A stretch of DNA of 64,000 nt, from positions 46,316,001 through 46,380,000 of the forward strand of contig NC_087251.1 of assembly GCF_037042905.1 (NCBI RefSeq), read 5' to 3'. This DNA is from Lytechinus pictus (Eukaryota). The translations under genes were made by a program, and so were the position numbers. Below the pieces are notes generated by a model. It was not told the origin of the DNA and did no database searches. It saw only the letters and a program-made list of their open reading frames with translations. Positions 37,496 through 50,500 of the stretch are shown here, piece after piece. Within the stretch, counting starts at the first letter, position 1. Each line of letters starts with the position of its first letter.

Positions 37496-38415
37496 AATTT
37501 GTCTAAATTTTTTTCTTTAATTTCCTATTTCACTTTTTCTCTTTCCGAGTTTCCCTTCCCCTTGATCCCTTTTCTCTTTTTCCTGTTTTTTCATTTATTT
37601 TCCCGGTGAATTAAATCCACCAGGGGGGTAGTTTATATTGCCCCCCCCCCCCATGTCTGTTAATTACACCGCCTATATTCGTATATTTTTGAGGTGCATA
37701 TTTCTCAATATCATCAAAATGCACTGTTTTAGGGACAAAAAATTATTTGTCTAGCTCCTTAATTAGTCCTATTTTTACTGTTCTAGTTGGGAGGTCCTGA
37801 GAATAGCTGACTCGATATCCTGATCTATATTACTGTATAGGCGCATTTACTGCCCCCCCCCCAAAAAAAAAAAAAAAAATCCTGCTCATGGGTAGTCTGC
37901 AGGTACAGACCTTTGGTTTTCACAAGTGCATAATCCAAAGTAGATCTAGGGACTAGATACACGCACTCATGCACTGTGGCTGCTTCTACTAAATTTGACA
38001 TAAACACAAGGTTTGGAATATTGTGTCCACGCACCAACTGAGACATATTTGTTAGTGTCAAATTTTAGTGCTTGCAGACTAGCCGATGGGCCAGATGCTT
38101 CGAGAACGCGAGATATCACCCACGCGCTGCAACAGATTCGTCATGCATTGTGTGAAAACACAACAGGATTTTTTTACGATTCGCGTGCACCGAATCCATG
38201 GACCGAAACCATACAGATTAACGTAACAACTGGATATTGAGTCTAATCTTAAAAAATGTTGTACCGTATGGCCCATTGCGAAGGTACAGGACCTATGGAC
38301 ATGATTTCAGTGGAGAAGACCTCACTTTGTAGCTGAATAAAATCGTTAAATATCCGTAGCAACCTGGTGTATTTTACTTACAGATTATCATTTCTGGATA
38401 CCTAAATTAATTAAC

Positions 38416-38518
38416 ATGCCATCTGGTAAGGCACCAACTCATGGGCCGAGTCAATCGGCTTATGTTGATCGTGAAAAACCGGCTGAGATTAGACGAAGTA
38501 ACATCACTGCTGCGAAAG
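38416..38518 (+). CDS. CCT4: CCT4 exon 1 (MPSGK...[15 protein letters not shown])
   Basis: ATG 38416, AAG|GTAACT donor; a possible acceptor at 38383 suggests an upstream UTR exon. Confidence 0.92.
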
Positions 38519-41500
38519 GTAACTAACGCTCCTCTACTCTCTACTCTAGCTCCTTGATCCCGATCCTTGCTAGCCAGGGTAGCCAGCTGGCTTCTAAGTT
38601 CTAGAGAGTTAAACTCATTTACTAACGTATGCCTGCTCTCAACGAAGCCAGGAACTCCTGGCGCTAATGCAGTTTCGCACCGGCCGATTACCAGCATACC
38701 TCATCACCAAGGCAATACTTCTACTTGTTCGTGAAGTTGTTCCCAAATCACAAATGTCATCATGACAAGTCTCTCACTTCTCAGTCACATTTCGACTGTC
38801 AATATACCTACCCACCAGTGGCACTGGCAGTAGAGGCGTTGGTCAGAAAACTGGGATCATCCCAGTTTACAGCCAGTACAGGGACTGTCTCAGTTTTCAA
38901 AGATTTCTCCACACAAGAAATGATACTAGAAAGTTCATTCACCTGTCAAGTGCCGACACCAATCAAGTGCGCTAGTCAATGACTTGTAAACTAAATATCA
39001 CTTATCAGGTTTCATAACAAGATTATTGGTTGAAGACGGCAAGTCATGAAATATAGACGGTGAACTGGGGGAAATTGAGGTCACTGAATCTATTTTTAGC
39101 ACTCTCAATTTCCGTAATTACTGTCTTTGTCCCGCAGGGAAAGTGAAAAAAAAACGTCCCCTTAAAAAAAAAAATTGCCTTAAACAAGGACAGTCTCAAT
39201 TTATCAAGACATGATTTGTCTTGGTTTATGAGGATATCCTTGTTTTCTGGGACAATCTCAATTTCTGCATTCTGGACCAGCGCCTCTACTGCCCACCTCT
39301 TTTTCAAATATCGGGAACGGCTGTATTTCAGCTTTGATCTCGATGTCGTTGTTCGAATCCTCAGTCATCACTTCGCGGATCGCTTGGATTCGCCGGGCCG
39401 TGCGCCTTTATGTTGATATGCGACCAAAATATTCGCCTGCAGCATGCTGGCAGTTCGCCACATGTTCGCATGATTTGGTTGCTAACTTCAGTCCATATCG
39501 ACATTACGGCGAATCCAAGCGATCCGTGAAGTGATGTCTGAGGATTCGAACAACGAGATCAAAGCTGAAATACAGCCGTTCCCGATCGCGATATTTGGAA
39601 AAGAGGTGGGTATATTGACCTCGAAATGTGACAGAGAGACTTGTCATGGCATTTGGGAACAGTACTATTGGTGATGAGGTATGCTGGTAATCGGACTGCG
39701 TGCGAAAGTATCGATAGTGATAACGATATCCGGTCACATTGTCTACGCGGGAAATGGTCTTGGTTTGTGATCGGATCGCTCCAGTATCAATCGAAAATTA
39801 TCGAGACTCTGCAATTTCATGCATATTCACGCGACGCTCCGAAACCCGGAAATCAATTGACTCTGTACATGTTGCGATAGACTCTAAAAACTCCAGCGAA
39901 CATGATGATGCCATATCGACGCTAATTCATAAGATTTTGACCCGTGGAATCGCCCATGTAACTCCTGACAAGTGATAAGCAATGCTCGCGCCAAATTTCT
40001 ACAAATTGTATATTTGTGTAATCTTTTTTTTTTCTGTTGCTCATTCTTTTTTCGATTTTGTTTATTTGATTTCAGCTGTTGCAGATGCTGTCCGTACAAG
40101 TTTGGGCCCAAGGGGCATGGATAAGATGGTCAGTATAACATGTATTTAACTAGATTCTACTCTTGGTTTTTTTTTCCTTTTATGCCTCCATCAAATTTAT
40201 GTGTGTGCTTGATGTATTATGGGTGTCCGTCTTACTTTTTTCGTTCTCACAACAATTCAGTAATCATATGGTGGATCAACTTTAAACTTTACTTAAGTAC
40301 AGGTATGCATCACAAAGGAATATTTGCTGGATTGAGGACAATCCGATTATATTTTACGGTCACAAAGCCAAAGGCTTATAGTTAGCTTACTTAAATATGG
40401 AAAATAGTAGACATTTATGTATACATGTAACCCTTAGTCATGCTTGAAGTGGAAAAACACAATATTATATTCAGAGTGTATGTATTGTATATTCAGAAAT
40501 TCAGAAGGGGGAGGGAAACTGATCATCTAATTAGTAATAGTTTGAATTTTTAATCTGAATATGGACCTGTGTGAATTGTTTTCACCAGTATATAATAGTC
40601 ACTTTTGATGATATTTCTGTCCGTCTGTTGCAGATTCAAGATGCCAGGGGAGACGTAACAATTACCAATGATGGTGCCACCATCTTGAAGCAGATGCAAG
40701 TCCTTCATCCAGCAGCCAAAATGGTTTGTATCAAAGTAGTTTGGGGTGGCATTCTGAAAAACGTTATTATCTCCGTTCTTGTCGTTTGACTCAACTCATA
40801 GAGAGAGGAAGACGTTAAATCATTGCAAATCGGTGTTCTGAAAATCTTAACACGTTTTTTTTATCTCTGTAAGGACTGCCCCTATTAGTATTGCAAGCGC
40901 AAGTTATAGATTTATACACCCAGTACAGCTTTTAAATCAGTAAAAGATAAAGAACGTTTTCAGATTACCAATTTGAGATCGTGACGTAGATGAGAACATA
41001 TTTCAGATAAGAACTTTTTCAGAATACTGCCTATGATTTCTTGCTTTTAATAGTTGTAGGAGTGATGATAATGTTGATGTTTTTTTTATAATTATAAGCC
41101 AGTTCATATAGTGTTGTGTAAACTGGAATTGACAAATATTTTAATTGAAAACTTTCAAAAATCCATTTGCTGCTCTGCTAACAACCCTATGTTTCATTTC
41201 TTGTTTGTTTTCCTGGTTAGCTGGTAGAGCTTTCAAAGGCTCAAGATGTAGAGGCTGGTGATGGAACAACGTCTGTTGTGGTAATTGCTGGGAGCCTTTT
41301 GGAGGCAACTGCAAGGTTATTGGACAAAGGTAAATAGAGCAACAACAAACAGAACATGTTGTATTACAAAAAAAGTGGCCATCCTATTCCATTACAGGAT
41401 GCACATTGCACTTTTTATTTTAGTAGGTAAACAGGAAGATACATGTTGCCCTACTGTCCGCAATGAATTGTTAGTAAATGGAATAATTTATTATTTTAGA

Positions 41501-44500
41501 GGTTTTAAAGAATATTTTTCAATGGTCATATCCCACTAGGATAACAGATTTTATAAAGGTTTTGTTGGGTTTATCATGATCACCTTTACCTTGAAAAAAT
41601 GCAGGTCGTTTGGATTCATCTCGCCACCTCAATGGATGTACTTGTTTTTTACGGATAATAATGATATCATTAGGCGCTTTATTTTTCACCTGTAGTCCTG
41701 CTACTTGGAAGCCTAACTTGGTTTACATGATGTTTTTATTTCACACCGAGTCAAGTTTTCAATCTGTCAACTTTACCTGCCAACTTTTCATATTATTAAC
41801 AAGAAATATTCCTAATTTGAAGAAAAGAAAAGAATCTCATATTCCCTTTTTGTACAAGTATGTCTGACATCATTGAAATTCAGGACTGTTTCTTAAAAGA
41901 TTGTTTCTACTTGTATATCTTTGTTTTCAGGGTTGGTAGGTATGTTACAAAAACACACTCAAATTCTATCATATTATTTGTTTTCCATGCTTGCCAGGTA
42001 TTCATCCAACCATTATATCCGAGTCCTTCCAAAGTGCAGCAGACAAAGCCTGCGAGATCCTGGCTGATATGTCTGTCCCTGTGAACCTCAACGAGAGAGA
42101 GGCTCTTCTTCAAAGCGCCACTACATCACTCAACTCTAAGGTATGTCTGTCCTGTTCCTCTAAGTTTCCAGGGAGTTCCTGGTGAGTGTTTCATAAACAT
42201 GTTCGGCTGTTTATAAATTAATAACTACTTTACGAAGAGCTTTATGATTAACTGATATGCATTCTTGGGAGCCATTTAATATCTCGGGTATATCATTAAC
42301 TTCAAGAAAGGGTCACTAGTCAGCTTTATGAAGCTTTATGAAAAAAAAACCCTGATGGCATATTAAACCCCTTGACATGTGCCAACCATGCAAAGTCTCT
42401 TGGAATAACAGATCTAAGGGGTCCTAAGGATTCAGGACAATTTAGGGGGAGTATTTCCTTAAATGTTAGACCGACACAGTGTTAGCAACACTATAGCAAG
42501 TTTTAGCAACACTATAGCAAGTTTTAATTACAAATGGAATTTGCAGTCTGTATAATTTGTTAAATGCCAGTGAACTCTTTCTGATATTGGAAATTACTAG
42601 TGCTGTTATCAGTAAGAAATTCTCTGTCGATATATTGGTAAAAACACTTACTGACATCGACAACTATCGACAAAAGAACATTTTATTAATAGGCTGGTTT
42701 GAGGTAAAATTGAATGTGCCACGGCAGTTTAGACAAGGCCGCATCCTGTCCACGTCAGTGCAGTAGCTTTAGGCTAGGCTTGGGCGAGGCCGACAGCATA
42801 ACCGGCGACGCAGATTGTGCACTGTCAGTGTCAGTCCAACTTGTTAAATACTTTCTGAAGTTATGAACATGAAGAAATGAATAACACCCATACGAACTAA
42901 ACAGAAAGAAATTTACCTGTGAGGCTGTAACAGTTTCAAATCTTTCGATGTCTAAACTGATTTTTTAAACTGTTATTGTCTAGATCTATTACTTTATTAG
43001 AGTCAGACTCGTGACTTTGCAAGCGTGCATGCCACAGTGGGCCAGCGGCGGTGTTTTATGAACAAAATAATACAGACTGCTACTGCGAAAAGTGTGAATG
43101 TGAAGGAACTTTACTGTTCTACATAATAGCAGGTATTGTCTACAATGAGAGAAAGGTTATTGATATATCGCTAATTGGCAAAAACATGCGTTTATTGACG
43201 GGACTAGCGATAAAGAGTTTATCCATAACAGCACTAGAAAATACAGTTTTCGGAACACACCCTTGGGTTTCTTTCATTTCCTTTTTGTTTTTCCCATTGC
43301 CATGATGACGTAGCTTTACTTAGGACACCTATGAGTCTAACAGTGATTTTAGACAGAGCTATATCTGAGCAAAATTATTTTTTTACATTCTGACACCACA
43401 TAGCAAAGATTGAAAACAACTTAGGTTTTTTTCTGCATTTAAATTGCAAAATATACAGAAAAGGATCAACCTGAAATAAATAGAGTGTGTCGACTTATTC
43501 TTTTTTTTTTTAATTCCAGGTTGTATCCCAGTTCTCAAATCTCCTTGCTCCTATTGCAGTTGATGCAATCTTACAAGTCATAGACCCATCAACAGCCACC
43601 AATGTTGACCTAACTGACATCAAATGTATCCAGAAATTAGGGTAAGTACTTTCTGTTTGGGGGGAGGGGGAAGGGGGCAACAGTTACAAACATTTGGTAA
43701 TGGTTTTGTTGTCAGTAATACATTAACCATTGGTGTGGAAGTTTGTTTGTTTAAGGGTGAGGTGGGTGGGAGAGGGGTATTGCATTTTTTTTTCTAAACA
43801 CAAACTTAAATAAAATGCTCAATGTTATTACAAATTCAATGGGTTATGCAATTTCAAAATAGCCCAAGCTATATAGGGTGAAACAAAATAGTTGATATCA
43901 AAGCTAAGTTGCCTCCCAGTTGTGGCTTCATCACGCCTAACTACTTGTCTCTATTCCATTTCTACATTTTATACACTCCATAGGGGTACCATTGAAGATA
44001 CTGAATTAGTGAGAGGACTTGTTTTCAGTCAAAAGGCAGCAGGCTCTTCTGGCCCACACAAAGTAGAAAAGGCCAAAATTGGTCTTATCCAGTTCTGCCT
44101 TTCAGCTCCCAAGACAGATGTAAGTTTAGTGTCTTGTTTTCTTTTCATTTCATTGGTTTTCCATTAGATTAAAATGTATACAAAGAAATTTACAAAAACA
44201 GATAGACAGACAGGTAATAGTGTTGGACCAATAAAAACCTCATCAGGACTTTGCAGATGGCCCATATTAACATGAAAATAATACAAAATACATACTTCAT
44301 TTTCAATGGGCTTTTTCTTTTCATTTTATAATTTAAGATACTTCATATGCAACTAATTACAGTCCAACTTGTCTATAAAGTCCATCTAAGAGATACACTG
44401 GATACATATGACCTTTGTAGACAGTTTCTATAACACATTCTTTTCGAACGGAGACAATTTTGATGGCCACTAAAGAGAGTTTTGACTATAGGTGGTAAGT

Positions 44501-47500
44501 AATAAAGTTAGCCAAGCTGTGCAAAATTGACAAAATTTGCCATTTTGTAGCAATTTTATATCCCTATTGAGGATCTAAATGGACAAACTTCACTGTTTTT
44601 GTGCCGATTTAGAGAAGGGCTACAATTTGCTATTAACTAAGCTTTTTCGGTATTGATATTTTCAATACCGGTATTACTAATTGCTTCAATACCGGTATAC
44701 CGACTAATACCGGTGTAAATTCCCAATTTATTGTGCAAACAGTGTCCAATGTTTGTTTAGCCCTGATATGGCCTCGGATAAAGAGTGGATGCTTGCGGTC
44801 AGCTGAGGAATGCTCAGCCTGGTCCGTTCTCATTGACAGAAACTTTCTCAAACATATTTTCATAGATTGAAAAAATTTAAATATGACGAAGTTGAGACTT
44901 GTCTTGAGCCTTGCAAGTCACCACTAACCTTAGATTTTCAAATGGAAATAATCATGATTTGTTTATTAAAGAGAGATTAGAAAATAAGAAATTATCGTAT
45001 TTCAAGTCCCAACTATTAAAGACCTGAGCAAAAAGTTATACGATCATGCTCTCTCCCGGCCCCACCGAGACGGCGAGAGGGAGTTACCTGTGCACGTGCG
45101 CGAAATTATCTCAGCAAGCACGTGGTACAATTAATCATATCTCCATGCTAAAATGAATTAGATGTAGCCAAGTTACCAAATGCTATACCGCACCTACTCA
45201 CTGCTACTTTGCTAAACGTGTGTACATGCCCCAAGTTCCAAGCACCAAATTCCCTGCTGAAACAGTCAAGGAGATTTGCGTGATTCTCCCTTCACCGATT
45301 TGGCCCCACTCATTCACATTCAGATTCGCCCCTTTTTTTACCACTCACATCAACACGTGTTCGTCGAAGGTTCAAAGTTTGTTGACCTCAAATTTTGACG
45401 TCTCGTAAAGAACTTTTCTTATGTCTATTGTGTTGAACCCCCCCCCCCCCCCCTCTTAGCTAACTTCAGGCCATGTTTTCTCCCTCTTGTGAATCTCCAC
45501 ATGTTGTCTAAAAAGTAAAAACCTCCCCCTTGACTTCTTATTCCGCGGCCGCCTCTTTCTCACTCTTTTTTCTTGATTGTGTTTTTCTTTATCTCCCCAG
45601 CCCCTTAATTCCTCACTCTCTCTTTCCCATTGGCCCATCCTGTCCCCGTCACCACCCCTCTCTTACCACAATCAACATCCTCCTCTTCTCCGAGTCTCGA
45701 TCTTCCCCCTTTTTTTCTATTTCTCTCTTCTCTCGCCCCCCCCCCCCCAAGTCCTGGTCATCAATTATACTTTTTCATTTTAATAATGTCAATTCTATCT
45801 TTCACACATGCCAAAATTGAGTTGATCATCATCTTATCACGCCCCCAGTCCATCATAAATTTAAATTACAATCAATCCAATAGTTTATTTCATTTTATTC
45901 ATGACCGCACATGCACAAAAAGGATACAGCACCCATCACAAATCACACAAATATTCCAGCCATTTTCTTCCTTCCATTCACGATCACTTCACAGATCATT
46001 TTCAAAATAAACCAAGAGGAATGGCATAACATTTTTTTCCTGTTGTCAAATTTTTTTTTCCTTTTTTTTTTTTTTTTTTTTTTCTTTTTTTTTCTTTTTT
46101 TTTTTATTATTTTTTATATTTATGTATGTATTTTTTTTTTGGGGGGGGGGGGGGTGTCAAACGACTTGTGTAGCAGGCTGTATAAAAGTAAACTTGTCAT
46201 AATTGAAACAAGTTAAGAGCAGTCCGAGAAAAAAACTTGCACTAAGAAAAAAAAAGTGTTAATCCCTGTGGTTTGTCTGTCGATGCCCAGCACCCCCTTT
46301 CTCTCCCCCCCCCAAAAAAAAAAAACTCAAGAAATACCATTGAAACAAGTTAAGAGCAGTCCGAGAAAAAAAAAACTTGCATAAAGAAAAACAAGTGTTA
46401 ATCCCTGTGGTTTGTCAGTCAACGCCCCAAGGTTGATACTCTGTTGAAGACACCACGTGGTCAAAAGGCAGGCTGGGGAGTGTTTCAAAAAGAGTTTTGT
46501 CGGTGATTTTGTTTGTTTATAGAGGGATGTTACAAGCTATGACAAACCCTCGCATGTGATTGGCGGAAAGCAAATCTGTTGTTGAATCACTGAAAAAAAT
46601 CTTCATGAAATGCTCCCCATCTCGATCGGCTTCGTTGGTTTTCTGTAGCTGTGTGCACAAGTGCACGGAGCCGACATGCACCCCATGTAGGCTAGGCTAG
46701 GCCTACGTAGCGGTGGGGCCGAGGCCTTATGCAGCGGCTAGCGGAGCTCAGACATTAGTTCAGGGGCGATGTATTCATTTCGAGGTTAGATTATCGGATT
46801 CTGATTTCATTAAATACGTTGAGAGAGCCAAACAACTTATTGTTTTGGCTTAATTTTACTGTAAAAATACCCATAGACGACAATACAGAAGAAAATACCG
46901 GTATGATATTTTCAACTTTTGGTATGACGGTATTTCGGTATTGAAATTTTAACGGCGGTATCCATACCGGTATGACATTCATACCGAACGGTATTACTAA
47001 TACCGGTATACCGAAAAAGCTTACTATTTACCCTAAAAGAGCCGGGTTATTTGGACCCATCTCATAGCCGAGGGATGGGGGGGGGGTGGAATCCACCCCC
47101 CCCTGAGATCTCGGCCGTCGATCGCACAAGCACCGCAAAAATTTGCACAGTGGTAGTGTGCGATAAAAATCTACAAGTCTGTATGATTAATTTTTCTGAA
47201 AAAATAAGATTTTTTTTAAATGAATTAATTATGCTAATTTATGCATGAAATAAAACATTTGCTCTAATTAACTTATTAAAATTGCTAATTTTTTATTCAG
47301 ACTCTTTGTAGGATTCTGATCAAATGTACATTAAAAAAAATTTGGTATCGCAATTTTTTTCTTATGTATTTTATTACTTTTTAAATTTCTTATGTATTTC
47401 TTTGTTCTTTTACTTTTTGTTTTTTATTGTTTTTTTGATGGAAATTGTTGCAGACTTAATTCTGATCATAAACAAGGCATAATTAATTAATTTTAATCAG

Positions 47501-50500
47501 TAAAAGTAGAAATAATGATACATTTATGAATTTTGGCTTAATACATAATTTGCATTGGATTTGTACATGAATTCACGTTTTTGAGCAATTTTGGGTCTGA
47601 CATGCACTTACATAATGTTGCGTAATTTCGTAACCGCGTACCTGGGCATCGCAAATTTGGTCTCAAAAGTTGCGCGAGATTTGAAAGTAAAAAGTCAGCG
47701 AGCGGCGCGGTCGAAAAATTTCGCGCAGCGGATTAATCGCGAAAAATCTGCCCCCCCCCCCCCCCCTCGGGCCTTTTAGGGTAATGTCTGATTTGTAGAA
47801 TCCCTTGCCATGATGACGTAGCTTTACTTAGGACACCTATGAGTCCAACAGTGATTTGAAAAGGAGCTATATCTGAGCAAAATTGTAATGAGTTGTTTTT
47901 CTCATCAGTCTTCGCATGCAGACCTCTAAAGCTATTGAAAAGCAAATGTCTACAAAACGGGAAGTTGCTCATTGTGTATATGTGGTTGATTATACTGTGG
48001 TTTTTCAAAGATTGTTGTGCCTGTTACATTGATGAGTATTGTGTTAATAAAGTTCGAGCTTTGTTTTGTTTTTTGTTCTTTTTTTAGTATAGATATCATA
48101 AGAAAAGATATATCCTATAATGTCCTACCTTAGCTTCACTAGTTACCCAGTAACGGCAACATTTCATGAAAAATTTTGTCAGTGATTTTCTCTGACAAAA
48201 TTATCTGAGCCAATCAGATACAAGGATTTGCAGTAGCTTATAACAAATCTTCACCTTCCTGCGCAAAGGCTGTTAGCGAGTCGCCTTCCCGCACAAAGGC
48301 CGTTAGCGTGCACTGCATGTCGCCTTCTCGCAGAGAGGCCGGTAGCGTGAAGTGAACAGTGCGCGCTAACGGCCTATGTGCGGGAATGCGACTGCTAACG
48401 GCCTATGGGCGAGAAGGCGACAAAGTAGTCAGTGAAAATCACAAGTACTTGATAACATTTGGTAATTGCTATTTCAGATGGACAACCAGGTGGTGGTCTC
48501 AGATTATACCCAGATGGATCGTGTGCTAAGAGAGGAAAGGGCTTACATCCTCAACCTAGTTAAACAGATCAAGAAGGCTGGCTGTAATGTACTCCTTATT
48601 CAAAAGTCAATTCTCAGGTAAAAAAAAAACTCTGCTATAATAGTGAAATAAAGGAATGAATGACTTTGTATGAATGAGGATATGGAGGAAAACATATTAA
48701 CAGATTTATTTGTTTTTGTCAATTTTCAACAATATTTTGTTCTGTGTTTCAAAGCGTATTAATATTCCGTAAGTATGAATGTTTGCTTGTATCTTTACAT
48801 GAATTAATAAAGAAAAATTGAGTTTTACTGAAAAGCGCATAGAAATGTATTTAAACCGGTTGTGGTAAATATTTTCTTATGATTTCAACTACATGGAGTT
48901 GTTTTCATTTTCATATAATTTGTATTTTTTGATAATTTTCTTTGACTATGTTTTTACTGGAATACAATTTAATTATGCCAATGATTGATGTTATTATAAA
49001 AATCCATTACATTTTTTTTTTCAAAAACAGCTCTGGAAAATATGATATATATGTAAAATCATAAGCAAATATCAGAAGGTTAATTTGCGATGATGACTTG
49101 GCTTTTACTTAGGACACCTATGAGTCCAACGTTGATTTTAAAAAGGCTGTATCTGAGCAAATCAAACAATTTCTTCTTTTTTTGCAAATGGCAGATTGCA
49201 CATTACTTATCAAATGTTGTTCTTGGACTCGGTCACTATTTTTTTCCTTCTCTATTATAGGGATGGCTTGAGTGATCTAGCCCTTCACTTCCTACAGAAG
49301 ATGAAGATTATGGTGATAAAGGATGTGGAGAGGGAAGATGTAGAGTTTGTATGCAAGGTGCGATCAGTAGATTGTGTATCAAAAACTTTCATTCTTAATA
49401 TAAAGATACATATGCACACACACATGCTGCCTTTCGATAGGTGATAACTTTTCAACCATACCAAATTACACATGATGTAAGTTGGGCCCCTTTAAAGTTT
49501 AACATGCTATTAAATGTCAGGTCTGATTTCTACGATCCCTTGCCATGATGATGTAGCTTTACTTAGGACACCTATGAGCCCTACAGTGATTTGAAAAAGA
49601 GCTATATCTGAGCAAAACTACAGTGATTATTGTCTTGCATCCCTCACCTGTCATCGGATGCTGACTTATGCCAGCATCCTCACACTCTGATATAAAAGGA
49701 TAATTATAATCATAGTTACATTTGCATAGTGCTTGATACATGTGTTTCTAAGCGAGCTCTCTATATGTTACTATTATTACTCTAGTCATTGGATCCATCG
49801 CAGTTTCCACACATAAGAGTGCACCATCTCCACTCTCTGGGAAGCATATTTTAACCAATGCACACATGCAAAATCACATTGATGTTCGCATCCTACCTGG
49901 TACCCATTTAAAACCTGGGTGGAGAGTGATAAACATGAATAAGTGATTTCAGTTGGACATTTTGCACCTGGTGGGATTTGAACCCTCAGCCCTTAACATT
50001 AAGGTTCAAGTGACTGAACCACTAAACCACAACAAAGCCATGCAACATTGTATTTTTCATTTCCTCTATGATTCCAGGCCATTGGGTGCAAACCCATTGC
50101 AAGCATTGACCACTTCACACCTGAATACCTGGCATCAGCTGACCTGGTGGAGGAAGTCGTTACAGGTACCAGCAAGGTTGTCAAGGTAAGTCAAGATCAC
50201 ATTGGTTTACTGCAGAGAATCATGAAGGTCACAGAAGACTCCATTGGCGGATTTAGATGGAGGCGGCAAGGGACGCACACCCCCTTTATGATTTGAGAGC
50301 CACCCATTGGAAACTTACTATAGATAAATAAAAGAAAATTGTCATTTTCACGAACTCTACTCCAGTTTGCTCATTGCACCTCCTCTTTCTAAAAAAAAAT
50401 GCACATTGACACATTTCTTAAAAGATATTTCTGCAGATAGCCATGATTTTAAGCATTTTTAAAACTATTTTTACTTTTTCTCTGTTTTTTCTATTGAATG

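Noticed and set aside
38013..38240. ORF containing QIRH as CCT4 exon 1
   Set aside because: Chance match; the real exon 1 (…[13 protein letters not shown]) is at 38416-38518.
49591..49607. Second, D-box guide AAAGAGCTAT complementary to an 18S AUAGCUCUUU-like segment
   Set aside because: It varies among the five copies and is better explained by intramolecular pairing with TAGCTT after box C. It cannot be fully excluded without the species' 18S sequence.
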